NCBI GenBank assembly: GCA_040756875.1
Contig: JBFLYH010000002.1
Coordinates: 927,078-991,077 of the forward strand
Reading direction: 5' to 3'
Source: a candidate division FCPU426 bacterium
Lineage (GTDB): Bacteria > Oederibacteriota > JAAXVQ01 > JAUVAV01
DNA length: 64,000 nucleotides
Below the pieces are notes generated by a model that did not search any database, was not told the origin of the DNA, and saw only the letters and a list, made by a program, of their open reading frames with translations. Positions 8,419 to 18,653 of the stretch are shown here, piece by piece. Both the position numbers and the translations under genes were made by a program. Within the stretch, counting starts at the first letter, position 1, and every line of letters starts with the position of its first letter.

Positions 8419-9330
8419 GTGAGGATTTCCACGAATCTTGTCTCCAACCAAATCATCGAGAACCTCAACGTCGATCTGGAGCGCCTGACAGCCCTCAACA
8501 ACCAGACGTCGACCGGACGGCGCATTCAGCGGCCGTCCGACGACCCCCTGGGCGCGCAGCGCGTAACCTCGGTGGGCGAAGCCATCTCGCGGCTCGAGCA
8601 ATACCAGCGCAATTCCACCTACGTCACCAACTGGATTAATGCGACCGAAAGCGCCCTGACCGGCGTGAACGACGCCCTGCGGCGGGCCAATTCCCTGGCC
8701 GTGCGGGGCGCCAACGACGCCACCCTCACCCAGACCGAACTGGACGCGCTGGCCTCGGAAGTGAACGGCATTTTGGAAAATATTTACCAGTTGAGCAATA
8801 CCACCCTGGAAGGCCGGTATCTGTTCAGCGGCTACCAGACCGCCACCTCGTCCTACCAGGCGGTCATGGCCGGCACGGAGATCGCCAGCGTCAATTACAC
8901 GGGCGATGCGGGTGTGGACCAGGTTGAGATCGACCAGGGCCAGACCGTGAACAAGAACCTGCCGGGCAGCGTGGTTTTTCAGCCGGCAGCCGGCATCGAC
9001 GTGTTCGCCACGCTGGTCGCGCTGCGCGACGACCTGCGGGCCGGAAACCAGGCGGCCGTGGCCGCTGCCATTGCCACGACCGAAACCGCGCGGCAGCAGG
9101 TGGCTGACCAGGTCTCGATCCTGGGCAACAAGACCAACCAGCTGGAGGGGGTGGGCGAAAACCTGGCCACCAAAAAAAACGGGTTGGTCAATCTCGAATC
9201 CCAGCTGGCGGACGTGGACATGCCTTCGGCCATCGTGGAACTGAAGACCGCCGAGAACATTTACACCGCGGCATTGGAAAGCAGTGCCCGGATCATGAAT
9301 CTGCCTAAATTGATGGATTTTCTGGGGTAA
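8419..9330 (+). CDS. flgL: Hook-associated protein FlgL
   Basis: MRIST..., STGRRIQRPSDDP and GRYLFSG motifs. Confidence 0.95.
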   Translation: MRISTNLVSNQIIENLNVDLERLTALNNQTSTGRRIQRPSDDPLGAQRVTSVGEAISRLEQYQRNSTYVTNWINATESALTGVNDALRRANSLAVRGANDATLTQTELDALASEVNGILENIYQLSNTTLEGRYLFSGYQTATSSYQAVMAGTEIASVNYTGDAGVDQVEIDQGQTVNKNLPGSVVFQPAAGIDVFATLVALRDDLRAGNQAAVAAAIATTETARQQVADQVSILGNKTNQLEGVGENLATKKNGLVNLESQLADVDMPSAIVELKTAENIYTAALESSARIMNLPKLMDFLG

Positions 9331-9424
9331 AGCATTCCCGCGGCCGCTGGCAGCCGCGGATATCCGCAGGCGACCCTCCGCCCTCCGGACCGGGCGGGGG
9401 CCGAGGCTGCAAAAGCGAGGGCGC

Positions 9425-9928
9425 ATGATACGCATTGAGTCGCGGCATTTCGGAACGCTGGAAGTCGAGGAGGGGAAAATATTGCGCTTTCCCCGCGGGC
9501 TGGTGGGATTCGCGGACGCCACTTCTTTTTGCCTGCTGAGCCACCTGGAAGCGGCCCCCTACCAATGGCTGCAAGGCGTCACCCGGCCGGACCTGGCGTT
9601 TATCGTGGTGCCTATGGCGTTCATCGATCCCGCCTACCAGCTGGACCTGGGTGAAACGGAACGGCAAATCCTGCGCCTGAACCCCGGGGAGCAGCCGCTG
9701 GTGCTGGGCATCGTGACCATACCCGAGGATCCCCTGGATGCCATGGTCAATAAACTGGCGCCGCTGGTTTTAAATGAAAACACCCGCCTGGGACACCAGG
9801 TGATCAATGAATCATCGGGGTACCGCACCCGGCACGTGATCCGGGAGGAACTGGGGCCTCGCGCCAGGGAGGGCGAAAACCATGTTGGTGCTTACCCGCA
9901 AGAAAAAGCAGTCATTGATGCTCGGTGA
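9425..9928 (+). CDS. fliW: Flagellar assembly factor FliW
   Basis: SRHFG, FPRGLVGF, WLQ..(T)RPDLAF and N.LAPLVLN motifs; adjacent to csrA. Confidence 0.93.
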   Translation: MIRIESRHFGTLEVEEGKILRFPRGLVGFADATSFCLLSHLEAAPYQWLQGVTRPDLAFIVVPMAFIDPAYQLDLGETERQILRLNPGEQPLVLGIVTIPEDPLDAMVNKLAPLVLNENTRLGHQVINESSGYRTRHVIREELGPRAREGENHVGAYPQEKAVIDAR

Positions 9929-10124
9929 CGATATCGAAATCCAGGTGCTGGAGGTCAACGGCGAGCAGGTGCGCCTGGGCATCCAGGCGCCCGCGGCCTT
10001 GCGCATTCTCCGGCGCGAGCTGTACGCGGATGTCCAGGAAAAGAACCTGGAAGCCGCCATTAAATCGTCGCCCCAGGCGCTGACGGCGCATTTAAGAAAA
10101 CACCCGGAAGAGCCGAAGGCATAA
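9882..10124 (+). CDS. csrA: Translational regulator CsrA
   Basis: MLVLTRKKKQSLMLGDDIEIQVL...VRLGIQAP...RRELY, with the C-terminal N..A extension of FliW-partnered CsrAs. Confidence 0.96.
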   Translation: MLVLTRKKKQSLMLGDDIEIQVLEVNGEQVRLGIQAPAALRILRRELYADVQEKNLEAAIKSSPQALTAHLRKHPEEPKA

Positions 10125-10222
10125 AGAGGAACGGTCTTAAACACCCCAACCGCATGCAGACCCGGCCTGCGACCGGCCGGCGGAGGCGAGGGACTGCAGG
10201 GCGGCCACCGGTGATTAAGATA

Positions 10223-10255
10223 CGGCAGGGATGCCGGATCATTCATCAAGGAGGA
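10223..10255 (+). promoter_or_regulatory. CsrA-binding sites in the flagellin mRNA leader
   Basis: Hairpin CGGCA-GGGA-TGCCG (10223-10236) plus CAAGGAGGA overlapping the RBS; same layout as the Bacillus hag leader. Confidence 0.75.
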
Positions 10256-10262
10256 TCTTGTC

Positions 10263-11090
10263 ATGGGATTTGCAATCAACCACAACGTCGCTTCGGTCAA
10301 CACCCTGGGGTCGTTGGACAAAACGACCTCGGCCATCAGCAAGTCGATGCAGAAGCTCTCCACGGGCTTGCGCATTGTCAAAGCCGGTGACGACGCTTCC
10401 GGCCTGGTGATCAGCGAGCGCATGCGCGCGCAGATTACCAGCTTGGAAACGGCGAAACTGAACGCCAACGAAGGCATCTCCATGTTGACCACTGCCGAAG
10501 GCGCGCTGAATGAAATCAGCAGCATTCTGCAGCGGATGCGCACCCTGGCTGTCCGCGCTTCGCAGGACGTGACCTTGGGCGCCACGGAACTGGGCGAGAT
10601 GGACGCGGAAGACGCCGACCTCGCGTTGGAAATCGACCGCATCACTTCGTACGTGGAATTCAACGGGAAGAAGCTGTTCGACGGCACCTTGAGCGGCGCC
10701 CTGCACGTGGGCCCGAACGAGACGCCGGCTGAGGACGAAATCGCCGTGACCGTCGCGGCCATGGATGCCACTTCGCTGGGCGTGAACGCCAATGACCTCA
10801 CCACCAACGCCACAGCCCTGGCGGCCATCACGGCCATCGACACCGCCATCGACACTGTCACCGACATCCGCGGCGACCTGGGCGTGACCATGAACCGGCT
10901 GGAACACACCGTGGCCAACCTCGACGTCATGATCGAGAACACCACGGCGTCGGAAAGCCGCATTCGCGATGTGGATATGGCAGTCGAGATATCGAACTTC
11001 ACTCGGCTCCAGATCCTGCAGCAGTCCACGACATCCATGTTGGCGCAAGCCAACGCGCAACCCCAAGCAGTTCTGCAGTTGCTGCAATAA
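10263..11090 (+). CDS. fliC: Flagellin (short, 275 aa, D0/D1 only)
   Basis: INHN..., KLSTGLRI..AGDDASGL, AEGALNE, SRIRDVDMA and MLAQANAQPQAVLQLL motifs. Confidence 0.97.
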   Translation: MGFAINHNVASVNTLGSLDKTTSAISKSMQKLSTGLRIVKAGDDASGLVISERMRAQITSLETAKLNANEGISMLTTAEGALNEISSILQRMRTLAVRASQDVTLGATELGEMDAEDADLALEIDRITSYVEFNGKKLFDGTLSGALHVGPNETPAEDEIAVTVAAMDATSLGVNANDLTTNATALAAITAIDTAIDTVTDIRGDLGVTMNRLEHTVANLDVMIENTTASESRIRDVDMAVEISNFTRLQILQQSTTSMLAQANAQPQAVLQLLQ

Positions 11091-11104
11091 CGGACGCAGG
11101 TAGG

Positions 11105-11137
11105 AAAAGGGCTGTCCTCAGGAGGGCAGCCCTTTTT
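11105..11137 (+). terminator. Rho-independent terminator after fliC (possibly bidirectional)
   Basis: AAAAGGGCTGTCCT-CAGG-AGGGCAGCCCTTTTT. Confidence 0.9.
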
Positions 11138-11359
11138 CTTTACCTGTTAACTTCCCATTTAACTCCTCCAGACGCCCGGACGATACTTTCCCCAGCTCGG
11201 CCGGGGGGCCCAGCGCAACTACACCCAACACGACACGAGAAAAACATTCTGCGACACCGGTTTTCACGACACCGTCCGCCGCTGGCTCCCCTCCGGCTTC
11301 GGGCCGGGAAGGAGAGTAAAATCTCCCGCGTCCCCGGCCGACCACACCGAGGTGTCAGG

Positions 11360-12097
11360 ATGACGGTTCTGTCCAACACCGCAAGGAATCCCAACCTGGT
11401 CCAGGCTGAGACGCTGCAAGCCTGCACGATATGTGGAGGTCGAACCTTCGCGCAGCAGGAAGTGCTGTGGCCGGATTTGATCCGGGCCTGGGACCTGAAT
11501 CCGGAAGAAACCCGCCTGATCAACCGCCAGCAAGGGTATCTCTGCCAAACCTGCGGCGCCAATCTGCGTTCCATGACCTTGGCCGGCGCCTTAATGGAAT
11601 GCTTTGATTGGTACGGGACTTTGGACGTTTTCATCACATCGCCGCAAGCGCGCCAGGCGCGGTTTCTGGAGATCAATCCGGCTGGAAGCCTGCACCAGTA
11701 TCTGAAGCGGCTGCCCCAATGCCAGTGCCTGGCTTTTCCCCAGACGGACATGCAGGCCCTGGACTTGCCCGACGACGGGGTTGATTATGTGGTGCATTCC
11801 GACACGCTGGAACACGTGCCTGACCCGGTACAGGGCCTGCGGGAATGCCGCAGGGTGCTCCGTCCCAACGGCTGCCTGCTGTTTACCATTCCCATCGTGC
11901 CCACCCGCTTGACCCGGCGCCGCGACGGCCTGGCACCCTGCAGCCACGGCAGCGCCCAGGACCAGCCGGAGGATTACCGCGTCATTACGGAATATGGAGC
12001 TGATTTTTACCTGGAGTTGATCCAGGCGGGCTGGAAAAAGATATCGCTGTACTCGCTGGGCACGGTCGCGTCCCTGGCGGTGATCGGAATCAAGTAA
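11360..12097 (+). CDS. Class I SAM-dependent methyltransferase with N-terminal CxxC/CxxC
   Basis: CTICG...CQTCG, DMQALD, TLEHVPD and RVLRPNG motifs. Confidence 0.8.
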   Translation: MTVLSNTARNPNLVQAETLQACTICGGRTFAQQEVLWPDLIRAWDLNPEETRLINRQQGYLCQTCGANLRSMTLAGALMECFDWYGTLDVFITSPQARQARFLEINPAGSLHQYLKRLPQCQCLAFPQTDMQALDLPDDGVDYVVHSDTLEHVPDPVQGLRECRRVLRPNGCLLFTIPIVPTRLTRRRDGLAPCSHGSAQDQPEDYRVITEYGADFYLELIQAGWKKISLYSLGTVASLAVIGIK

Positions 12098-12109
12098 GGA
12101 GCGAACGCA

Positions 12110-15100
12110 ATGGCGGATCTTCCCTTCACGGGCGAACGGTACGTGGCCCGGCTCGGCACGGCGGAAATCAGCTACGAGCATTGGCACCGCTACCTTTTTG
12201 CCGCCGAGGCGGCGGCCGGCAAACGGGTGCTGGACATCGCCTGCGGCGAAGGGTACGGCAGCGCCTGGCTGGCCCGGAACGCGGCCCGGGTGGTGGGCGT
12301 GGATATCGATCCGCAGGCCGTTGCCTATGCGCGGGAGCGGTATCCGCGCGGCAACCTGTCTTTCTGCGTTGGCAGCGTGGATGCCGTTCCGGTGACCGAA
12401 GACCACAGCCTGGATCTCATCGTCTGCTTTGAGACCATCGAACATGTTGAGGCCGAAAAGCAGGAGGGGTTCATGCGCGAGGCCAAGCGCCTGCTGGCGC
12501 CCGGCGGCAGCCTGATGATTTCCACGCCCAATAAAAAAATCTATACCGATCTGCCCCAGCATCAAAACCCGTTTCACGTCAGCGAATTCTACTATGAGGA
12601 GTTTAAAAAGTTCATCGCAGCCCATTTTAAGCAGGCGGTGTATTTCGGGCAGAAAGTATACCCCGCTTCCGTGATCTGGCCGCTCGAGCAAGCGGCCGGC
12701 GCTGCCTCGCGGTATGCCCTGCAATGGTCCGAGGGCGCGTTCTCGCCCGTGCAGGCGCCGCTGGCCGACATGTATGATCTGGCCTGGTGCACGGATGACG
12801 GCGAATTGTCCGTCCGGGAGTCGCTGCTGGTGGACTTGAACGAGCGCTGGATCCGCGAGTGCCATGAGCAGATGCAGAATGTGAACCAAGCGTTGATGAA
12901 AAGCCGGCAGCAGCTCGAACTCCAGGCGAAGAAAATCGATATTTTGCAGCGCACGAACAACGCTTTGACCAGGCAGTTGGGCGCCGCGTCCGAAAAAAGC
13001 CCGGGCGCTTCGGCGGCTGAGAAATTCACCGTCAGCATCGTCATTCCGGTCTTCAACCGGGTGGAGTACACCCGGGCGTGCCTGGATGCTTTGGTCGCCA
13101 CCACGCCAAACGAAGGAGTGGAGCTGATCGTGGTGGACAATGCCTCCACCGACGCCACGCCCGAGCTGTGCCAGGCCTTGAGCGGCGACGTGCGCGTGAT
13201 CCGGAACGCCGAAAACCTCGGCTTCGTGCGCGCCTGCAACCAGGGCGCGGCCGTGGCCCGGGGGAAATACCTGCTGTTTTTGAACAACGACACCGTGCCC
13301 CAGTCCGGCTGGCTCGACGCGCTGCTGCGGCCGGCTGAAACGGACGAGCGCGTGGCAGCGGTCGGCGCCAAATTGGTGTATCCGGACGGGCGGTTGCAGG
13401 AAGCCGGCGGGATCATTTTCAACGACGGCAGCGGCTGGAATTTTGGGCGCCTGGATGACCCGGCCAAACCCGCTTACCAGGAGCTGGTCGAAGTGGATTA
13501 CTGCTCCGGGGCCTGCCTGCTGGTGCGGCGCCGGGCGTTCGAACAGGTGGACGGATTCGACCTGCGCTACGCGCCGGCGTATTATGAAGATACGGATCTG
13601 TGTTTTTCGCTGCGCGAGCAGGGGTACAAAGTGATGTATTGCCCCGGGGCGCTGGTCGTGCACTGCGAGGGCGCCACCGCGGGAACGGACCTGGGCGCCG
13701 GGTTCAAGCGCTACCAGGTCATCAACCGGAAAAAGTTCGTCGAAAAATGGCGGGATCAGTTGCAGGCCCAGGACCCGCCGCCCTCCCTGACCCGCCGGAC
13801 GCCGGTGACCGCGGACCGCAGGCGGCTGCGATCGGCCGCGGTCGAAGCGCCGTCCGTCGCCTTGTCCGCGGACCGTGCGCCGGCCATCCTGGTCATTGAT
13901 CCGATCCTGCCGTGCTATGACCGCGCCTCCGGAAGCCTGCGCTTGTTCAATGTCCTTAAACTCATGCTGGCTTTGGGCTGGCGCGTCACGTACCTGGCCC
14001 GCAACGGCCTGCGCCAGGAGACGTACAAGCGGGAACTGGAGGCCATGGGCATCGAAGTGTATGCCACGGATCCCGAGAAAATGGCCAAGCAGGGATGTCC
14101 TGTCGATGCGCCGGTCATTCCCCTGGAGCAGATCCTGCGCGCCCGCCGCTTCGATGTGGCCTGGCTGTCGTTTTACCACATTGCCGAGGACTATTTGCCG
14201 GACATCCGGCGGCATTCGCCGGAGACCCGGATCGTGATCGATACGGTCGACGTGCATTTCCTGCGCGAACAGCGCCAGGCTGAATTGCAGAAGGACGACA
14301 AGCTCCGGCTGTCCGCCCGGCAGACCCGCGAACGCGAGCTGGCCATTTATGCGCAGGCCGAGGCGTTGATTACGGTCACGGCCGCGGACCGGGAGATCCT
14401 GGCGCCGGTGGTGCCGGGCAAGCCGATCCATGTGGTTCCCAACATTCACGACATCAAACCCAGGAAAAACGGGTACGCCCAGCGCCAGGGGCTGCTCTTT
14501 GTGGGCAACTTCAACCATCCGCCCAATGCGGATGCGGTCCGGTATTTCTGCCAGGACGTGTTCCCGAAAATCCAGGCCGCCCTTCCGGACGTGCAGCTGC
14601 AGGTCGTGGGCGCCCATCCGCCCGAGGACGTCCAGCGCCTGCAAACGGAGCGGATCACGGTCACGGGCTATGTCATGGACACCCAGCCGTATATCGAGTC
14701 GTGCCGGGTGTCCATTGCGCCTTTGCGTTTCGGCGCGGGTATGAAGGGAAAAGTAGGCGAAGCCCTGGCCGGCGGCCTGCCAGTGGTGACGACCAGCATG
14801 GGAGCGGAAGGGATGGGCGTGGAGCATGATCGGCAGCTTTTGGTGGCGGATGACGCGGAGGGTTTCGCCCAGGCGGTGATCAGGCTGTATTCAGACCCGG
14901 CCCTGTGGGAACGGCTTTCCCAAGCCGGGCAAGACTTTATGCAGCGCCAATACGCGCCCGACGCCATTAAAGACCAGTTGGCAACCGTGCTGCAGGCAAT
15001 CCGTCCGCCGCGCAGCCAGAAGCAAAGCGCCGTCGTGGAGGAGCCCGCGAAAAAGGACGATGTCAGCATGGTGATGCTGACCCGGAATCAGCAGGAATAC

Positions 15101-15892
15101 ACCCGGAAGTGCCTGGAGAGCATTTTTAAGCACACCCAACAGCCGTATGAAATCATCGTGGTGGACAACGGGTCCACGGACGGCACGCCGGAATTTATCC
15201 GCGGCCTGGCCCCGCAGCGGCCCGAGGCCTGCCGCAGGCTGGAATTGATCGCCAATGCCGAAAACCGGGGATTTGCCGTGGCCAACAACCAGGGGCTGGC
15301 TGCCGGACGCGGCGCGTTCCGGATTTTGCTCAATAATGACGTGGTGGTGACGCCGGGATGGCTGGAGCGGATGCTGGCGGTGTTCCAACGCTCAGCGGCC
15401 ATCGGCCTGGTGGGGCCCATGTCCAACTGCGTCTCCGGCCCCCAGCAGGTGCCTGCACCGGGGTACCAGACGGAAACCCTGGAGGGGCTGGACAACTACG
15501 CCCGGCTGTTCGCCCGGCAGCGTAGCGGACGGGCGCGGCCAAGCTGGCGGGTGGTGGGGTTCTGCATGCTGATCCGGGAGCAGGTGATCGAAAAGATCGG
15601 CGGACTTGACCCGCGTTTTGGGTTGGGAAATTTCGAGGACGACGATTTCTCACTGCGGGCCTCGCTGGCCGGGTTCGAGTCCTGGATCGCCGAGGATTGC
15701 TTTGTGCACCATTTTGGCAGCCGGACGTTCAGCGGCGAACGGATTGACTACCGCCAGAGCCTGCAGTCGAATTGGGAGATCTTCAAGCGGAAGTGGAACC
15801 TGCCGCCCGAGACGCCGTTTGGGGGCGTGGTGGACCTGGCACCGACGCTGAAGCAGGCTTTTCAGCCGAAGCATTACTGCGCCCTGGCGTAA
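12110..15892 (+). CDS. Multidomain methyltransferase - coiled coil - GT2 - GT4-like - GT2 glycosyltransferase
   Basis: VLDIACGEGYG; two VVDNxSTD / LNND / (Y/F)ED.D GT-A domains; GT-B region with FVGNFNHPPN.DA, APLRFGAGMKGK and GLPVVTT. Confidence 0.9.
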   Translation: MADLPFTGERYVARLGTAEISYEHWHRYLFAAEAAAGKRVLDIACGEGYGSAWLARNAARVVGVDIDPQAVAYARERYPRGNLSFCVGSVDAVPVTEDHSLDLIVCFETIEHVEAEKQEGFMREAKRLLAPGGSLMISTPNKKIYTDLPQHQNPFHVSEFYYEEFKKFIAAHFKQAVYFGQKVYPASVIWPLEQAAGAASRYALQWSEGAFSPVQAPLADMYDLAWCTDDGELSVRESLLVDLNERWIRECHEQMQNVNQALMKSRQQLELQAKKIDILQRTNNALTRQLGAASEKSPGASAAEKFTVSIVIPVFNRVEYTRACLDALVATTPNEGVELIVVDNASTDATPELCQALSGDVRVIRNAENLGFVRACNQGAAVARGKYLLFLNNDTVPQSGWLDALLRPAETDERVAAVGAKLVYPDGRLQEAGGIIFNDGSGWNFGRLDDPAKPAYQELVEVDYCSGACLLVRRRAFEQVDGFDLRYAPAYYEDTDLCFSLREQGYKVMYCPGALVVHCEGATAGTDLGAGFKRYQVINRKKFVEKWRDQLQAQDPPPSLTRRTPVTADRRRLRSAAVEAPSVALSADRAPAILVIDPILPCYDRASGSLRLFNVLKLMLALGWRVTYLARNGLRQETYKRELEAMGIEVYATDPEKMAKQGCPVDAPVIPLEQILRARRFDVAWLSFYHIAEDYLPDIRRHSPETRIVIDTVDVHFLREQRQAELQKDDKLRLSARQTRERELAIYAQAEALITVTAADREILAPVVPGKPIHVVPNIHDIKPRKNGYAQRQGLLFVGNFNHPPNADAVRYFCQDVFPKIQAALPDVQLQVVGAHPPEDVQRLQTERITVTGYVMDTQPYIESCRVSIAPLRFGAGMKGKVGEALAGGLPVVTTSMGAEGMGVEHDRQLLVADDAEGFAQAVIRLYSDPALWERLSQAGQDFMQRQYAPDAIKDQLATVLQAIRPPRSQKQSAVVEEPAKKDDVSMVMLTRNQQEYTRKCLESIFKHTQQPYEIIVVDNGSTDGTPEFIRGLAPQRPEACRRLELIANAENRGFAVANNQGLAAGRGAFRILLNNDVVVTPGWLERMLAVFQRSAAIGLVGPMSNCVSGPQQVPAPGYQTETLEGLDNYARLFARQRSGRARPSWRVVGFCMLIREQVIEKIGGLDPRFGLGNFEDDDFSLRASLAGFESWIAEDCFVHHFGSRTFSGERIDYRQSLQSNWEIFKRKWNLPPETPFGGVVDLAPTLKQAFQPKHYCALA

Positions 15893-15941
15893 CCGGAACA
15901 GAACGCGGTGAATAAAGCGGCATTTTAACGGGGAGAAACCC

Positions 15942-18653
15942 ATGACGAAAAAAAGGCATTACCCTCCGCAAGGCGGGACCGTAACAGCCGTGCGGCCCGG
16001 AGAAGCCGTGCGCCCGTGCACCCTGGCCTTGTGCATGATCGTGCGCAATGAGGAGAAAATGCTGCCAGGCTGTTTGCGCAGCATCCGGCCGGCGGTCGAT
16101 GAAATCATCGTGGTCGACACGGGCTCCACGGACCGTACCCGCGAACTCGCCCGACAAGAGGGCGCCCGGGTGATCGAGCACCCCTGGCAAGACGACTTTG
16201 CCGAGGCGCGGAACGTCTCGATCGCAAACGCCCGGAGCGATTATATCCTGTGGCTGGATGCCGACGACCGGGTGGATGCCGGGGAAATGGAGAAAATCCG
16301 GAAGCTGAAGAAACAACTGTCCCCGGGAAAAGACCAGGCGTTTTTTATGATGGTCGAGGACGAGTCAATCGGGAACGAGCGGATCCATTTCACCCAGCTG
16401 CGGCTGTTTCCCAACCTGCCCCAGGCCCGCTTTGAATCGCGCGTGCATGAACAAATCGAGGCCAACCTAACCAAAGCCGGAGTGAAGCTGGCCACCCTGC
16501 CCATTACGGTCCGCCACACGGGCAATCACGATCTGGAGGACCTGCAGCGGAAAGCCGGCCGCAACCTGGCGATCATTGAGGATGAGCTGGCGCGCCATCC
16601 GGATGACCCGGTAATGCATTTTCACGCCGGGCGGTCGTTGTCCGTGCTGGAGCGCGAGGCCGAAGCCGTCACGCATTTGCAAAGCGCCATGGAACATACG
16701 CCGCTCGTCAACGACGATCATTCGATCTATCTGGAAGCCGGATTGCTGCTCGGTCGCTGCTTCAATGAATTGGGCAATCCCGCGGCCGCTGAGCGCGTGC
16801 TGAGAGAGCTGGTGTCCATCAACGATCAAAAAGCGCTGGCGTATTTGTATCTGGGCGAGAGCCTGATGCGCCAGGGGCGGCAGGCCGAAGCCGCGGCGGT
16901 CCTGGAACGCATGCAGCAGCTGCCAATGAAGGCGGGTTTCACCCCGGTCAATCTGGAACAGGTGCATTTCCAGCAGTACTTTATGCTGGGCATGGCCTAT
17001 CAAAAGCAGGGGCTTTGGGACCAGGCCGAAGCGGCCTTTCTCAAAACCCTGGGCTCCCACCCCCATGTCGCCAAAAGCCTGCATACGCTCGGCCAGATGC
17101 ACTTGTCGCGCCACCGCTACGAGCAGGCAACGGAATACCTGCGGCAAGCCCTGGATGTCGACGGAGAAAACAGCGCGATCTGGTCCGATTTGGGAGTGGC
17201 ATACCTGCATACGGGAAAGCTGGTGGAAGCCGAAGCTGCATTTCTCAAAGCGCTGGAGCGGAATCCGGACCAGGTGGAGGCCATGACCAACCTGGGGTAT
17301 CTGTACCTGGGCCGAAAGGACCTGAACCGGGCGGAACCAACGCTGCAGCGCGCCCTGCGCATGGATCCCGAGGGGATCGATATTCAGTTGGCCCTGGCCC
17401 AAATTAAAGCGCTGAAACAGGATTGGCAAGGCGTGATTGCCGCCTGCGAAAGCCTGCTGTTGGCGGTCGGATTAAGCGCGTCCCGACAGCTCGACGACCT
17501 GGCCGATCTGGCGCGGTTGTACGCGGAAATCGCCCGGGCGTTTTATAACCGGAACCAGCGCCCGGCCGCGCGTCAGGCCTATCAAATCGCGTTCTTGATC
17601 CATCCCTTGCCAGAGGTGATCAAGGCCTGGATGCCGCTGGCTAAATCCCTCGGAAAAATGGAGGAAAGCCTGGAAACCATCCAATGGGCGCTGTCCTGGC
17701 ATGCCCAGGAGCCTGAAGTGATACGGGATATCCAGGCCGCGTTGGCGGAATCCGAGGAAAGGGGAGCACTCCCAACGGATGCGGCAGCGCCTTCGCCGGC
17801 GCAATCCCTGCCAACCGTGCTTCGTTCGCGGGCCGAATATGAGCAGTATGTGCAATACCATGTGGCGGAGCAGGAACGCGCCGATCAGGCGGCCGCCGAG
17901 GGCGGCAGGAACCAGAAGGAATGGCTGTTGCAGGGTTATTGCGAAGTGTGCGCCGCGCCCCGCGCGTTTGCCCTGGATTGGCAGTCCAGCAACCGCCAGG
18001 TTCCCAATTACCGCGAGCGGCTGGTTTGCCCGGGCTGCGGGTTGAACAACCGTCAACGCATCATGCTGGCCAGCCTCAAGCAGCGCCTCCACCAGGCGCC
18101 TGGCCGGGCGCCCCGCGTTTATATGTACGAACAAGTGACCCCTTTTTACCGCGCAGCGCAAAGCGTGCTGACGCAGGCCGAAGTGACGGGCAGCGAATAC
18201 TTGGGCGAAGCCCAGACCCCCGGAGCGCGGGTGAAAGGCATCCGTCACGAGGACGCCCTGCGGCTCAGCTTCGGCGATGACCAGCTGGATCTCGTGGTTT
18301 CCAACGATGTGTATGAGCACGTGCCGGACATCCTGGCTGCGCTGCGCGAAGCCTGCCGGGTGCTGCGGCCCGGAGGGGCATTGCTGTTTTCCATTCCTTT
18401 CCACCAAGAGCTGGAAAAAACCCGCCCCCGCGCCGTGCGGGAGGATGGCAAGGTCGTGCACCTGCTGCCACCGCAATTTCACGACGATCCGGTCGGCGAC
18501 GGCGGCTGCCTGGTGTTCTATGACTTCGGCTGGGACATTTTGGAGCTGTGCCTTGAGGCGGGGTTCAGCCGGAGCCGGGCCGAAGCGCATTACGATCCGA
18601 GCCGCGGCTATTTAGGCGCGGGCGGACAGCTGTTATTCGTGGCTGAAAAATAA
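15942..18653 (+). CDS. GT2 glycosyltransferase - TPR - methyltransferase fusion (probable flagellin glycosyltransferase)
   Basis: LCMIVRNEE, VVDTGSTD, WLDADD and RVHEQ; several TPR repeats; C-terminal CEVC...CPGC, VYEHVPD and RVLRPGG. Confidence 0.88.
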   Translation: MTKKRHYPPQGGTVTAVRPGEAVRPCTLALCMIVRNEEKMLPGCLRSIRPAVDEIIVVDTGSTDRTRELARQEGARVIEHPWQDDFAEARNVSIANARSDYILWLDADDRVDAGEMEKIRKLKKQLSPGKDQAFFMMVEDESIGNERIHFTQLRLFPNLPQARFESRVHEQIEANLTKAGVKLATLPITVRHTGNHDLEDLQRKAGRNLAIIEDELARHPDDPVMHFHAGRSLSVLEREAEAVTHLQSAMEHTPLVNDDHSIYLEAGLLLGRCFNELGNPAAAERVLRELVSINDQKALAYLYLGESLMRQGRQAEAAAVLERMQQLPMKAGFTPVNLEQVHFQQYFMLGMAYQKQGLWDQAEAAFLKTLGSHPHVAKSLHTLGQMHLSRHRYEQATEYLRQALDVDGENSAIWSDLGVAYLHTGKLVEAEAAFLKALERNPDQVEAMTNLGYLYLGRKDLNRAEPTLQRALRMDPEGIDIQLALAQIKALKQDWQGVIAACESLLLAVGLSASRQLDDLADLARLYAEIARAFYNRNQRPAARQAYQIAFLIHPLPEVIKAWMPLAKSLGKMEESLETIQWALSWHAQEPEVIRDIQAALAESEERGALPTDAAAPSPAQSLPTVLRSRAEYEQYVQYHVAEQERADQAAAEGGRNQKEWLLQGYCEVCAAPRAFALDWQSSNRQVPNYRERLVCPGCGLNNRQRIMLASLKQRLHQAPGRAPRVYMYEQVTPFYRAAQSVLTQAEVTGSEYLGEAQTPGARVKGIRHEDALRLSFGDDQLDLVVSNDVYEHVPDILAALREACRVLRPGGALLFSIPFHQELEKTRPRAVREDGKVVHLLPPQFHDDPVGDGGCLVFYDFGWDILELCLEAGFSRSRAEAHYDPSRGYLGAGGQLLFVAEK

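Noticed and set aside
10125-10222. Sigma28 promoter directly upstream of fliC
   Set aside because: TAAA occurs at 10122 and 10138 but no correctly spaced GCCGATAA-like -10 follows, so a call is not supported.
11591-14827. 1,078-aa minus-strand ORF and the many other long antisense ORFs
   Set aside because: Shadow frames of GC-rich genes with clear + strand products; no recognisable motifs.
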